In this document: positions 1 through 9,570 of the stretch, piece by piece
How positions within the stretch are numbered: position 1 is the first letter of the stretch
Layout of the letters: each line of letters begins with the position of its first letter
Source: Candidatus Eiseniibacteriota bacterium
GTDB taxonomy: Bacteria > ARS69
Direction: 5' to 3'
Length of the DNA: 64,000 bases
Assembly (NCBI GenBank): GCA_052390515.1
Contig: JBQTGV010000011.1
Span: 9,576 to 73,575 of the forward strand
The notes under the pieces: generated by a model
Databases searched by the model: none
Seen by the model: only the letters and a program-made list of their open reading frames with translations
Told to the model about the DNA's origin: nothing
Position numbers and translations under genes: made by a program

Positions 1-1
1 C

Positions 2-358
2 GCGGAGCTCAAGAACCAGCTCGCGTGGTTCCTGCAGAAGTACGGCGGAGATCTCGACCTGGCACTGACACGAGCGAACGAGGCGGTGCAGTGGGCGCCG
101 CGCGATCCGTACTTCCGCGACACGCGCGCGATGGTACACCTTCGCCGCGGCGATCTGCGCGCCGCGATGGCCGACATCGACACGACGCTCTCGCTGCCGG
201 ACGGCGATCTCGCCGCGGTCCACTGGCACAGGGCCCTCGTGCTCGACGCCATGGGCCGACGCCGCGAGGCGGAGGACGCGGCGAACGAGGCGCTGGCGCG
301 GGAAGGGGTCGACGACGAGCTGATCAACGAGATCGGGGAGTGGTTCGGAGGGCGGTAG
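2..358 (+). CDS. TPR-repeat protein, 5'-truncated at the window edge (C-terminal fragment)
   Basis: Open frame from the window start. TPR-like helical repeats (e.g. 'AMVHLRRGDLRAAMADIDTTLSL', 'HRALVLDAMGRRREAEDAANEAL'). High-GC codon usage. Confidence 0.45.
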   Translation, partial: AELKNQLAWFLQKYGGDLDLALTRANEAVQWAPRDPYFRDTRAMVHLRRGDLRAAMADIDTTLSLPDGDLAAVHWHRALVLDAMGRRREAEDAANEALAREGVDDELINEIGEWFGGR

Positions 359-403
359 GGAAGCGCCCCGGCTCCTTGACGCGCTCGACGGGAGAGGACG
401 ATC

Positions 404-2857
404 ATGCCGGATCGTCCGCGCGCCTGGCGACGTGAAACGGGAGCGATGATCATGTCCGAGGTCGAGGCCCGCGGCCCTCTCGTCGTGCAGCTCGGCCGTC
501 GACTGATGCGGGACAGGCATCGCTGGGCGCCGCCGAACACCCTGCGCGACCGAGCCGTGCGGCTCGCGGGCCGCGCGTTCCGCGTCTGGCAGCGGGAAGG
601 CGCGCGAGGTGTCCTTCACCGGCTGAAAGTCCGGATCATCCCGACGCCCACCCCCGGTGGGAGCGACGTGAAGGTTCTGTTCCACGAGACGTACTATCTC
701 GCTCAGTGCGGGGACGTGGCCGACACGATCGGCGATCCGCTGCGGCACTATCTGAGCGTGGGGTGGCGGCAGGGTCTCAACCCGCATCCGCTCTTCGACA
801 CCCGGTACTACCTGGAGTCCAATCCCACGGTCGCGCGGGCGGATATCAACCCGCTCGTGCACTACGCCACGACCGGCTGGCGGGAGGGGCGCAGCCCATG
901 CGCGGACTTCACGCACTATCTCTGGCTGAATCCAGACATCCGGAACTGGGCGCGAAGTCCGCTCGCGCACTACGTGCTGCACGGATTCCGCGAGGGTCGG
1001 CCCTACCGCCTGCCGTCCGCCGTCGAAGTCGACCGCGGCAACGTCGAGCTGAGGCTGCCGACCGCCCGCGGTTCGCGGCGTGTGCCCGCGGATCGTGTCA
1101 CGCTGGCTCCGGCACCCCGGGTGCTGGTGCACGTGCACGCGTACTACGTCGAGCAGTGGGAGCTGGTGGCGGAGCGGTTGGCGGCGATCCCGGTGCCCTT
1201 CGACCTCGTCGTCACCAGCGACTCGCAGAGCAAGCTGGACGAAGTCGCGTCTTCACCCGGCCTGAAGAAGCTGGGATGCCCGGTGCGGTTCCTGGTGGGA
1301 CCCAACCGCGGCCGCGATCTCGCTCCGCTGCTCGTCTCGCTGGGCCGGACGGCGCTGCAGTACGACCTGGCCCTGCATCTCCACGTCAAGAAGTCCGTCG
1401 AGCGCGATCCGACGTTCGCGGACCGGTGGATGCGCCACAACCTGGATTGCCTGCTGTACGACCGCGAGTACGTGGCCGCCGTCCTGTCCCTCTTCCGGAA
1501 CGAGGCGCGTTGCGGAATCATTCAGCCGGTGCCCTTCGGACCGATCCGGCCCTACCTCGACTGGGGCGGAGACCTGCCCGTCGCGCGCGGCCTCCTGCAG
1601 CGGCTGGGGCTCCCCGACATCGCCCCCGAGGAAGGACCGCTCTCGTTTCCGGCGGGGAGCATGTTCTGGTTCAGGCCGGCCGCGATCGCGCGCATGCTCG
1701 ACGACGCGTTCGGTTTCGACGATTTCCCCGAGGAGCCGATCCCGGACGACGGGACCCTCGCGCACGCCATCGAGCGGTGCTTCGTGCCGGTTGCGGCACA
1801 CCACGGCTATCACGAGCGGAGTGTGGCGCCGCTCCCGCCGGATGAGGTTCCGAACGGCTCTCGCCATCCGGTCGTGTCCGTGGTGATTCCGGTGCGTGAC
1901 GGGGCCGAGTACCTGCACGCCGCCGTGCAGTCCGCCGTGCGGCAGCGGTACGGCACCGTGCCGCTCGAGATCCTGATCGTCGACAACGGATCGACCGACG
2001 CCTCTGCCGAGATCGCCGCGTTCTACGCGGAGAGCTTTCCCAACCTCAAGCTGCTGCGACGGTCCGGGGGCGGGGCCGGCGCCGCGCGCAACCTCGGCCT
2101 GGAGAACGCAACCGGCAAGTACGTCTTCTTCCTCGACGCCGACGATCTGCTGGCCGCGGACGGCATCGAGCAGCTGCATCGGACGGCGGTCCGGACCGAG
2201 GCGCAGGTCGTGGTGTCGCGACTGCGGATGTACGACGAGCGGCAGTCGCGGGCCCCTCTCCCGGCGACGTACGGCGCCTGGGGCGGCCGGCACGATCTGG
2301 TGGACCTGTGCTCCCGACCGGACCTCGCCGGCCTGCCCGCCGACGCGCTCGCCGAACTGAACGGCCTGTTCTCGGACTTCGGCCCGTGCGCCAAGCTCTA
2401 CGAGCGGGACTTTCTCCAAAGGCACGCCGTCCGGTTCCCGGAGTCTGGGAATTACGAGGACAACACGTTCGTCTACGACGCGTACCTGAAGGCGCAGCGG
2501 CTCCACCAGGTCCGGAGCGTCACCTACCTGTACCGGAAGCTCGGCGCGCGCGAGGGCCGTAGTCAGTCCACCGAGATGCGGCTTCGGGACGTGCAGGATC
2601 AGATCGCGCGGCTCGACGAGCTGACCGCCCGAGCGGAGCAGATCCGGAACGCGGATCTCGCGCGGCTCATCAAGAAGTGCCTGCTGGCGAAGCTCTCGTG
2701 GCTTCTGGACGCGGACCCCGCCGTGGCCGAGCACCTGCACGCGCTTCGCTCCGACACGGAGGCGCTGCTCCGGCGGCTCGACGCCGCGAAGAACGTCCCT
2801 CCGGGCGGAGCGCTGCAGGCATTCATGACGCGCAAGAAGGCGAGAGCCGCGGTCTAG
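404..2857 (+). CDS. Bifunctional glycosyltransferase: N-terminal tandem repeats, an RgpF-like rhamnan-synthesis domain and a GT2 (family 2) domain
   Basis: 817-aa ORF. The central region 'VLVHVHAYYVEQWELVAERLA...FLVGPNRGRDLAPLL' resembles rhamnan synthesis protein F. The C-terminal 'VSVVIPVRDGAEYL...LEILIVDNGSTD...FFLDADDLL' is a classic GT2 DxD-type motif. Three 'NPLxHY..GW.EGR.P...FD..YY' repeats sit at the N-terminus. Confidence 0.8.
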   Translation: MPDRPRAWRRETGAMIMSEVEARGPLVVQLGRRLMRDRHRWAPPNTLRDRAVRLAGRAFRVWQREGARGVLHRLKVRIIPTPTPGGSDVKVLFHETYYLAQCGDVADTIGDPLRHYLSVGWRQGLNPHPLFDTRYYLESNPTVARADINPLVHYATTGWREGRSPCADFTHYLWLNPDIRNWARSPLAHYVLHGFREGRPYRLPSAVEVDRGNVELRLPTARGSRRVPADRVTLAPAPRVLVHVHAYYVEQWELVAERLAAIPVPFDLVVTSDSQSKLDEVASSPGLKKLGCPVRFLVGPNRGRDLAPLLVSLGRTALQYDLALHLHVKKSVERDPTFADRWMRHNLDCLLYDREYVAAVLSLFRNEARCGIIQPVPFGPIRPYLDWGGDLPVARGLLQRLGLPDIAPEEGPLSFPAGSMFWFRPAAIARMLDDAFGFDDFPEEPIPDDGTLAHAIERCFVPVAAHHGYHERSVAPLPPDEVPNGSRHPVVSVVIPVRDGAEYLHAAVQSAVRQRYGTVPLEILIVDNGSTDASAEIAAFYAESFPNLKLLRRSGGGAGAARNLGLENATGKYVFFLDADDLLAADGIEQLHRTAVRTEAQVVVSRLRMYDERQSRAPLPATYGAWGGRHDLVDLCSRPDLAGLPADALAELNGLFSDFGPCAKLYERDFLQRHAVRFPESGNYEDNTFVYDAYLKAQRLHQVRSVTYLYRKLGAREGRSQSTEMRLRDVQDQIARLDELTARAEQIRNADLARLIKKCLLAKLSWLLDADPAVAEHLHALRSDTEALLRRLDAAKNVPPGGALQAFMTRKKARAAV

Positions 2858-2876
2858 CCGCGGCGGAGCGAAACGC

Positions 2877-3941
2877 ATGGGAAGCACGATCGTCTTCACG
2901 TCCGTCACCGGGTCGTACCTGCCGAATGCGCGCGTCCTCGCCCGGTCGGTGAAGCGGCACCATCCCGGCTGGACGATGGTCCTGCTGCTCAACGACCTGG
3001 AGCCGCCGGGCGTGCGGTGGGACGAAGAGCCGTTCGACTCGGTGTTCCTCGCCCACTGGCTGCCGGTGCCGGATTTCCGGCGCTGGGCGTTCGACCACAC
3101 CATCGTGGAGTTCTGCACGGCGACGAAGGGCGTGATGACGGAGGTTCTCTTCGACGACTTCGGCGCGGACCGCGTGATCTACCTGGATCCGGACGCGGTC
3201 GTGTTCTCGGCGCTCTCAGAGGTGGAGCGGCTGCTCGACGAGCATTCCGTGATCCTGACGCCGCACCTGACGGATCGGGAGTCGGTCGACGAGGCGATCG
3301 AGAGCCACGAGATCGCCGCGTTGAAGCACGGGACGCTCAACCTGGGGTTCTACGCCGTGGCGAACCGGCCGGCGGGGCGAGATTACTTGCGGTGGTGGAC
3401 CGACCGCTGCCTGCGCTTCAGCCGGATCGACTTCCAGGCCGGTCTGTTCACGGACCAGAAGTGGTGCAACCTCGCCCCGTACCTGTTCGACGACATCCAC
3501 GTGCTGACGGACCGCGCGTACAACGTCGCGACGTGGAACATGACCAACCGCACGATGACGCGGGATGGAGCGGCCTGGCAGATCAACGCCCGGCCGCTCC
3601 GCTTCTATCACTTCTCCGGCTTCGGCAACGACTTCTACTGGGCGGACCGGGAGCTCTCGATGTTCGCGGAGGCCGGTTCGCCGCTCGTCGACCTCTGGAC
3701 CTGGTACAAGGCCGAACTCGCCGCGAACCGGCTGCGAGAAGTCCCGCCGTGGAGGTGGGGGCACTTCGAGCACGGACCGCCGGTGGAGGCGGCGCATCGC
3801 AGGATCTACCGCGAGGACGAGCGGCTGCGCGAGGAGCACCCGGATCCGTACTCGGTGCCGTGCTACCTGGCGCTGGCCACGGCCAATCCGGCCGACTTCC
3901 GCCGACTGGGGGCGGACGGTCTCAGGATCGCCGACGCCTGA
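2877..3941 (+). CDS. Putative glycosyltransferase (nucleotide-diphospho-sugar transferase fold)
   Basis: 354-aa ORF immediately downstream of the GT fusion. The N-terminal 'IVFTSVTGSYLPNARVLARSVKRHHP' resembles GT8-like/GT-A transferases. Consistent high GC3. Confidence 0.5.
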   Translation: MGSTIVFTSVTGSYLPNARVLARSVKRHHPGWTMVLLLNDLEPPGVRWDEEPFDSVFLAHWLPVPDFRRWAFDHTIVEFCTATKGVMTEVLFDDFGADRVIYLDPDAVVFSALSEVERLLDEHSVILTPHLTDRESVDEAIESHEIAALKHGTLNLGFYAVANRPAGRDYLRWWTDRCLRFSRIDFQAGLFTDQKWCNLAPYLFDDIHVLTDRAYNVATWNMTNRTMTRDGAAWQINARPLRFYHFSGFGNDFYWADRELSMFAEAGSPLVDLWTWYKAELAANRLREVPPWRWGHFEHGPPVEAAHRRIYREDERLREEHPDPYSVPCYLALATANPADFRRLGADGLRIADA

Positions 3942-4527
3942 TCCGTCCGGCCAGCCCCTGCTTCTCCTCGAGGCCGAGTATGTCCTCCGGTGTGTTCACG
4001 CTTCGCCAGGCTCTCGCCAGCTCCGCGGGCGGCACGGGCGAAAGCACGCCCGCATGCCCGGCAAGCGCCGACGGCCCGAGCCGACCCTGGACGGCCAGCT
4101 CCTCCAGCAGCTCCCGCGCCGCGGGCTCGTAGACGGCGAGCAGCGGCTCGACGCCGCCCTCGCCCCGCGGCATCACCGCCCAGGCCTCCGGCCGGCGCTC
4201 CCCGAGCAGCCAATCCACCGCCGCCGCCGAGATCAGCGGCTGATCGCACGCGGCGATGATCCAGGCCGCGTCCGGCCGCCAGCGCATCGCCGCGAGGATC
4301 CCCGCCAGCGGCCCGGCCAGCCCCGGGGCGTCGGCCAGCCTCCGCAGCTCGGAGAGCGCCTCCGGCACCTCGCCCGACCCCAGCAGCACGATTTCGCCCG
4401 CCCGGGGCGAGAGCGCATCCACGGCGCGCTCCAGGAAGGAGTGGCCTCCCAACTCGAGAAGGTGCTTCGGCCGGCCCATGCGCCGGCTCGCCCCGCCGAT
4501 CAGGATGCCCGCCGGGAGCCGTTCCAT
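3922..4527 (-). CDS. mobA: Molybdenum cofactor guanylyltransferase MobA
   Basis: 201 aa. 'AGILIGGASRRMGRPKHLLELGG' is the MobA N-terminal nucleotide-binding motif. It carries 'AACDQPLIS' and overall MobA-like architecture. Confidence 0.85.
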   Translation of the reverse strand: MERLPAGILIGGASRRMGRPKHLLELGGHSFLERAVDALSPRAGEIVLLGSGEVPEALSELRRLADAPGLAGPLAGILAAMRWRPDAAWIIAACDQPLISAAAVDWLLGERRPEAWAVMPRGEGGVEPLLAVYEPAARELLEELAVQGRLGPSALAGHAGVLSPVPPAELARAWRSVNTPEDILGLEEKQGLAGRIRRRRS

Positions 4528-4579
4528 GACCGCAGCATACGCGGCTCAAGGGGGCCGCGCGAAGCGCCGATGCCGGGGG

Positions 4580-5101
4580 ATGAACCAGGAAAGGTCCGCG
4601 GTCACCCCCTTCTTCCAGCTCGACCGGCGACGCAAGGTCGTCATCGATCCCGCGCTGCAGCGCAAGATCGTGCTCTCCGTCTCGCTGCCCATGGTCGTGG
4701 TCCTGCTGATCGTGCTCGGCGCCCAGGTCGTCTTCGACTGGAACGTGCGTCACGGCACGCTCGACGTCGACGGCCGCGTCCTCGGTTTCCCCGAGCGGGC
4801 GCTCTCAGCGGCGCTGTTCTTCGTCTTCGCCACGCTGTGGCAGGTGATCCACGCGCTCAAGGTCTCGCAGCGCATCGCCGGTTCGGTGCACCGCATCCGC
4901 GAGGACCTGCGGGCCTACCGCAGCGGCGACCGCGACGTCCGCGTGCGGCTCCGCGCCAACGACCTGCACTCCGACCTGGCGGCGGAGATCAACGCCACGC
5001 TGGACTGGGTGGGCAACGAGGCCGGGCAGTTCCGCGGCGACCGGATCAGGCCGTCTTCGCCGCTCGCACCCGATCGCTCGCCTTCAGAAACCGCTTCCTG
5101 A
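4580..5101 (+). CDS. Small membrane protein with two TM helices and a HAMP-like domain but no output domain
   Basis: The internal ATG at 4580 matches the onset of hydrophobic TM1 'IVLSVSLPMVVVLLIVLGAQVV'. TM2 is 'ALFFVFATLWQVIHAL'. HAMP-like amphipathic helices follow ('LKVSQRIAGSVHRIREDLRAYRSGD...DLAAEINATLD'). The 5' extension to 4256 has no support. Confidence 0.55.
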   Translation: MNQERSAVTPFFQLDRRRKVVIDPALQRKIVLSVSLPMVVVLLIVLGAQVVFDWNVRHGTLDVDGRVLGFPERALSAALFFVFATLWQVIHALKVSQRIAGSVHRIREDLRAYRSGDRDVRVRLRANDLHSDLAAEINATLDWVGNEAGQFRGDRIRPSSPLAPDRSPSETAS

Positions 5102-6860
5102 GGCGAATCGACTTCGGCGTCACCTCGACGAGCTCATCGTCGTCGAGGAACTCCAGCGCTTCCTCCAGACTCGTGCGGATGGCCGGCGTCAGGATGACGG
5201 CCTCGTCGCGGCCGGCGGCGCGCATGTTGGTGAGCTTCTTGCCCTTCAGAGGATTCACCGTCAGGTCGTCGTCCCGGGTGTGGATGCCGACGATCTGCCC
5301 CTCGTAGACCTCGTCGCCGGGATCGATGAAGAGCCTGCCTCGTTCCTGCAGGTTGTACAGCGCGTAGGCCAGCGCCTTTCCCTGCGCCATGGAGACCAGC
5401 ACTCCGTTCGTGCGCCGCCCGATGCGCTCCGGCCGCGACGGCGCGTAGTGGTCGAAGACGTGGTGCATGAGCCCGGTGCCGTTGGTGAGCGTGCGGAACA
5501 TGGTCTGGAAGCCGATCAGTCCGCGCGTCGGAATCACGTAGTCGAGCCGCACCCGGCCGCGTCCGTCGGGCTGCATCTTCTCGAGGCGGCCGCCGCGGCT
5601 GCCCAGCGCCTCCATCATGGCGCCCTGGTGGCGCTCCTCGATGTCCACGGCGAGCGCCTCGTGCGGCTCGTGCTCCACGCCGTCCACCACCTTGCGGATC
5701 ACCCGCGGCCTGGACACGGCCAGCTCGTATCCCTCGCGGCGGAGGTTCTCCAGCAGGATGGAGAGGTGCAGCTCGCCACGCCCGGCCACGAGGAAGCGGT
5801 CCGGATCCACGGTCTCCTCGACCGTGAGCGCGACGTTGTGGATGGTTTCGCGGAAGAGACGCTCGCGGAGCTGGCGACTGGTGACGTACTTGCCCTCCGT
5901 CCCGGCGAAGGGTGACGTGTTCACCTCGAAGGTCATTCGGATCGTCGGCTCGTCGACGTGTAGGCGGGGCAGCGGCTCCACGTGCTCCGGATCGCAGATC
6001 GTGTCGGAGATGCGAGGGCTCTCGATGCCGGTGAAGGCGACGATGTCGCCGGCGTGCGCCTCCTCGCGCTCGACGCGGTTGAGCCCCTCGAAGCCGAACA
6101 CCTGCAGGATCTTGCCCTCGCGCGTCGCGCCCTCTCTGTCGACGACCACGACCGGACTGCCCCGCCGGAGCGTCCCGCGCGCGATCCGCCCGACGCCGAT
6201 GGCGCCGACGTAGGGCGAGTAGTCCAGCGAGCTGATCTGCAGCCGCAGCGGCCCATCGGGATCGACCGGGGGATGCGGGCAACGCGTACGGATCGTCTCG
6301 AAGAGCGGCGTCATGTCGTCCCCGGGACGGGCGAGGTCCAGCGTGGCCCAGCCTTCGAGGGCCGACGCGTACACGACGGGGAAGTCGAGCTGCTCCTCGG
6401 TGGCGCCGAGGCGGTCGAACAGCTCGAAGGTCTGGTCCACGACCCAGTCGGGGCGCGCCTCCGCTCGGTCCACCTTGTTCACCACGACGATGGGGCGAAG
6501 ACCGTGGGCGAAGGCCTTCTGCGTCACGAAGCGGGTCTGCGGCATGGGACCGTCCACGGCATCCACGAGCAGCAGTACGGAGTCCACCATGGAGAGGATG
6601 CGCTCCACCTCGCCGCCGAAGTCGGCGTGCCCTGGCGTGTCCACGATGTTGATGAAGTGGCCGTTCCACCGCAGCGCGGTGTTCTTCGCCAGGATGGTGA
6701 TACCGCGTTCCCGCTCCAGGTCGTTCGAGTCCATCAGCCGGTCGGGGACCGGCGCGCGTTCGCCGAGGATCCCGGACTGCTGCAGCAGGCGGTCCACGAG
6801 CGTCGTCTTGCCGTGGTCCACGTGCGCGATGATGGCGATGTTGCGGACGAATTCGATCAT
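5046..6860 (-). CDS. typA: Translational GTPase TypA/BipA
   Basis: 604 aa. '[22 protein letters not shown]', 'DTPGH', 'NKVD' are G-domain motifs. The full-length BipA domain organisation is present. Confidence 0.95.
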   Translation of the reverse strand: MIEFVRNIAIIAHVDHGKTTLVDRLLQQSGILGERAPVPDRLMDSNDLERERGITILAKNTALRWNGHFINIVDTPGHADFGGEVERILSMVDSVLLLVDAVDGPMPQTRFVTQKAFAHGLRPIVVVNKVDRAEARPDWVVDQTFELFDRLGATEEQLDFPVVYASALEGWATLDLARPGDDMTPLFETIRTRCPHPPVDPDGPLRLQISSLDYSPYVGAIGVGRIARGTLRRGSPVVVVDREGATREGKILQVFGFEGLNRVEREEAHAGDIVAFTGIESPRISDTICDPEHVEPLPRLHVDEPTIRMTFEVNTSPFAGTEGKYVTSRQLRERLFRETIHNVALTVEETVDPDRFLVAGRGELHLSILLENLRREGYELAVSRPRVIRKVVDGVEHEPHEALAVDIEERHQGAMMEALGSRGGRLEKMQPDGRGRVRLDYVIPTRGLIGFQTMFRTLTNGTGLMHHVFDHYAPSRPERIGRRTNGVLVSMAQGKALAYALYNLQERGRLFIDPGDEVYEGQIVGIHTRDDDLTVNPLKGKKLTNMRAAGRDEAVILTPAIRTSLEEALEFLDDDELVEVTPKSIRLRKRFLKASDRVRAAKTA

Positions 6861-6927
6861 GGCGAACCCGGGGCTCCGTTCAGGAAGGCGCGGGAATATA
6901 CCGGAAGGGTCGCCGCCGCGGTAGCGG

Positions 6928-7566
6928 TCACGGGTGGCGAGGCGGCCGCGGCCGGGCGAAGTTCGCCAGGGCCCTTTCCGACGTGCCGCTCCGGTCGAGC
7001 GCGTGGATGATGCGAAGAGCCGCCTCGACCAACCGCTCGCGCGCCTCGTCCAGCAGGTCCGGCTGCGACCGGCGCAGCAGGGCGCGAAGGTCGGCGAACC
7101 GTGCCGCTTCCGGCGCGGGCAGGTCGAGGCCGGCCAGGGCGCTCTCGTGCGCCGGGATCACCGTGGCCTCGGGCAGGACCTCGCGCAGGTACGCGCGGGT
7201 GCGGGCGGCGTGGTACGGGTGGGTCACGGCGAGGAGCTTCGCGGCACCGGCCTCGGCGCACAGATCGCGGAGCGCGCGCACCTCGACGAACGTGCAGTGG
7301 GAGATCCGGCGGGTGACGAGCCGGTCGGGCGGGACTCCCCAGCGGTCCAGCAGGGCGGACCGGACTGCCGGGACGTCGTGCTCGGCCGCGTACAGGAGGA
7401 GAGGCTTGGGCTCGGGCGACGCGTGCCACAGCGCGGCCCCCAGCGCGAGCCGCGCCTCGAGCTGCCGATTGTGCGGCTTCGTGCCCTGGCTCTTTCCCAG
7501 CACGGCGACGGCGGCGGAGGCTTGCATGGCGCGAAGGAGGAAACCCGCTCGACGGCCGGCCGGCAA
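6928..7566 (-). CDS. DUF218 (YdcF/ElyC/SanA-like) domain protein
   Basis: 212 aa. The 'LLLYAAEHDVPAVRSALLDRWGVPPDRLV...VTHPYHAARTRAYL' pattern is typical of DUF218. It sits upstream of typA on the same strand. The start is uncertain; an alternative Met 13 codons downstream is possible. Confidence 0.6.
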   Translation of the reverse strand: MPAGRRAGFLLRAMQASAAVAVLGKSQGTKPHNRQLEARLALGAALWHASPEPKPLLLYAAEHDVPAVRSALLDRWGVPPDRLVTRRISHCTFVEVRALRDLCAEAGAAKLLAVTHPYHAARTRAYLREVLPEATVIPAHESALAGLDLPAPEAARFADLRALLRRSQPDLLDEARERLVEAALRIIHALDRSGTSERALANFARPRPPRHP

Positions 7567-7649
7567 TTGTCAAATCGTGCAACGGCGGCCGGGGTGGGCA
7601 AGGCGCCGGGGCGGTCCGCGGGCTATGGTCGCGGCGGCATGTTCCGGAG

Positions 7650-8426
7650 GTGACCATGAAGAGCTCCCGCAGGTACGCGCTGGCCGCCGGTGCCGCTGTG
7701 GTGGTCGCGCTTTCCGTCCAGCAGGTCCGCTCGCAGCCGCGGTGGCAGTGGCCCGAGAAGGCCACGAACCTCAAGGTGCTCGAGCCCGACACGTCCTCCG
7801 AGCGCCTTCGCGACATCATGCTCGGCTTCTGCAACGCGCTCGGTGTGCGGTGCAACCACTGCCACGTCGGCGAGCCGGGCGCGGACCTCTCCACCTACGA
7901 CTTCGCGTCCGACGAGAAACCGGCGAAGAACACCGCGCGGGCCATGTACACCATGCTCGGCGACATCAACGGGCACCTGGACAAGATAGAGCCGTCCGGG
8001 CCGCACCGGGTGAACATGTGGTGCCACACCTGCCATCGCGGGCAGGCGCGGCCGATGAACCTCTTCGAGGATCTCGGCGAAGCGCAGGCTGCCGCAGGGA
8101 CCGACTCGACGGTCGCGCGGTACCGGTACTTGCGGGAGCGGTTCTACGGCCGCGGCGGCTATGACTTCGGCGAGGAGGAGGTGCTCAACGCGCTCGGGTA
8201 CGAGCAGCTCGGCAAGGGGCTCGTCGAGGACGCTGTCACCCTCTTCGCCCTCAACACGGAGCACTTTCCCGGATCCGCGAACGCGTGGGACAGCCTGGCC
8301 GAGGCGCACCGCAAGGCGGGGCACCGGGATCTCGCCATCGAGTACTACCGCAAGTCCCTGGAGCTCGACCCGGAGAACCACAATGCAGCCGAGATGCTGA
8401 AGGAGATGGAGGCGGAGCAGAAGTAG
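7650..8426 (+). CDS. Secreted diheme c-type cytochrome with a C-terminal TPR-like region
   Basis: N-terminal signal peptide 'MTMKSSRRYALAAGAAVVVALSVQQ'. Two CxxCH heme motifs ('CNHCH', 'CHTCH'). C-terminal 'AEAHRKAGHRDLAIEYYRKSLELDPEN' is TPR-like. A GGAGG Shine-Dalgarno sequence lies upstream. Confidence 0.75.
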   Translation: MTMKSSRRYALAAGAAVVVALSVQQVRSQPRWQWPEKATNLKVLEPDTSSERLRDIMLGFCNALGVRCNHCHVGEPGADLSTYDFASDEKPAKNTARAMYTMLGDINGHLDKIEPSGPHRVNMWCHTCHRGQARPMNLFEDLGEAQAAAGTDSTVARYRYLRERFYGRGGYDFGEEEVLNALGYEQLGKGLVEDAVTLFALNTEHFPGSANAWDSLAEAHRKAGHRDLAIEYYRKSLELDPENHNAAEMLKEMEAEQK

Positions 8427-8520
8427 GGATCGGCAGGGATCGGCTACGAGACCGGGCGGAGCAGGCGATTCCACGGAGGAGATCGAGGCGGCTCCGTCGT
8501 AGAATCGGCGCGGTGCCCGA

Positions 8521-9570
8521 ATGCCGATCAATCCGTCGCCCGAGTACAAGGAAGCCGAGGCGCAGTATCGCAAGGCCCGCCAGCCGCACGAGCGGCTGCG
8601 CTGCCTGCAGGAAATGCTTCGCACCATCCCGAAGCACAAGGGGACCGAGCGGCTCCAGGCGGACCTCAAGACGAAGATCAAGCAGCTCACCGAGGAGCTG
8701 GCCGGTCCGCGAAAGGGCGGCGGCCGCTCCGGTCCGACGCACGCGGTCCGTCCGGAAGGCGCCGCGCAGGTGGCGCTCATCGGGCCGCCGAACGCCGGCA
8801 AGTCGAGCCTGATGAACCGGCTCACGGGCTCCGCGTCCGAGGTCGGGCCGTATCCCTTCACGACCAAGCAGCCCGTTCCCGGCATGCTGCCGTTCGAGGA
8901 CGTGCACATCCAGCTGGTGGACCTGCCGCCGGTGTCCGCGGAGTTCATCGAGCCCTGGTACACGAACGCCCTGCAAGCGGCCGACGCGGCGCTGCTGGTC
9001 GTCGACCTGGCCGACGCGGAGTGTCTGGATCACGTCGCGGCCATCCGGGACCGCCTCGACGAGCGGCGCGTCACGTTGGAAGAGCGCTGGCCGGGGTCCG
9101 AGGCAGAGGGCGAAGCGCCGGCGCCGCCGCGCGCCGCCGACGATGACGACGGCGAAGAGCCGGACCCGTTCCGGCTGCGCATTCCGGCGCTGCTCGTCGC
9201 CAACAAGAGCGACCTCGACCCGGACCCCGACGAGGTGAAGGTGCTCGAGGAGCTGCTGGGGGTCCGCTACCCGGCCCTCGCCGTGTCGGCGAAGACCGGT
9301 GCCGGCCTCGGGGAGATCGCGCCGTTCCTGTTCCGCAACCTCGGCATCGTGCGCGTGTACACGAAGGTTCCCGGCAAGCCGTCCGACCGCGAGCGCCCGT
9401 ACACGCTGCGCGCCGGCGCCACGGTGCACGACGTCGCCCGGCTCGTGCACAAGGACGTGGCGCAGCGCCTGCGCTTCGCGCGCGTCTGGGGAAGCGGCCT
9501 GTTCGAAGGGCAACAGGTGGGACCGGAGCACCGGGTGGCCGACCAGGACGTCGTCGAGCTGCACTCCTGA
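8521..9570 (+). CDS. Obg-like/DRG-family GTP-binding protein with a C-terminal TGS domain
   Basis: 349 aa. 'VALIGPPNAGKSSLMNRLTG' is G1, 'FTT' is G2, 'DLPP' is G3, 'ANKSD' is G4. The C-terminal 'IVRVYTKVPGKPSDRERPYTLRAGATVHDVARLVHKD' is a TGS-like fold. Confidence 0.85.
   Translation: MPINPSPEYKEAEAQYRKARQPHERLRCLQEMLRTIPKHKGTERLQADLKTKIKQLTEELAGPRKGGGRSGPTHAVRPEGAAQVALIGPPNAGKSSLMNRLTGSASEVGPYPFTTKQPVPGMLPFEDVHIQLVDLPPVSAEFIEPWYTNALQAADAALLVVDLADAECLDHVAAIRDRLDERRVTLEERWPGSEAEGEAPAPPRAADDDDGEEPDPFRLRIPALLVANKSDLDPDPDEVKVLEELLGVRYPALAVSAKTGAGLGEIAPFLFRNLGIVRVYTKVPGKPSDRERPYTLRAGATVHDVARLVHKDVAQRLRFARVWGSGLFEGQQVGPEHRVADQDVVELHS

Noticed and set aside
706-1845. Long alternate-frame ORFs inside real genes. 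Examples: 706..1845, 1253..3118, 3565..5307, 5134..6669, 6857..7894, 6983..8164, 9865..12180, 12021..13697, 12302..14296, 15698..16645, 41017..43023, 41057..42691, 46115..47608, 55919..58330, 59278..61167, 62289..63725.
   Set aside because: At 70% GC, stop codons are rare in every frame. These ORFs overlap confidently identified genes, encode Arg/Pro/Ala/Gly low-complexity products and have no recognisable motifs.
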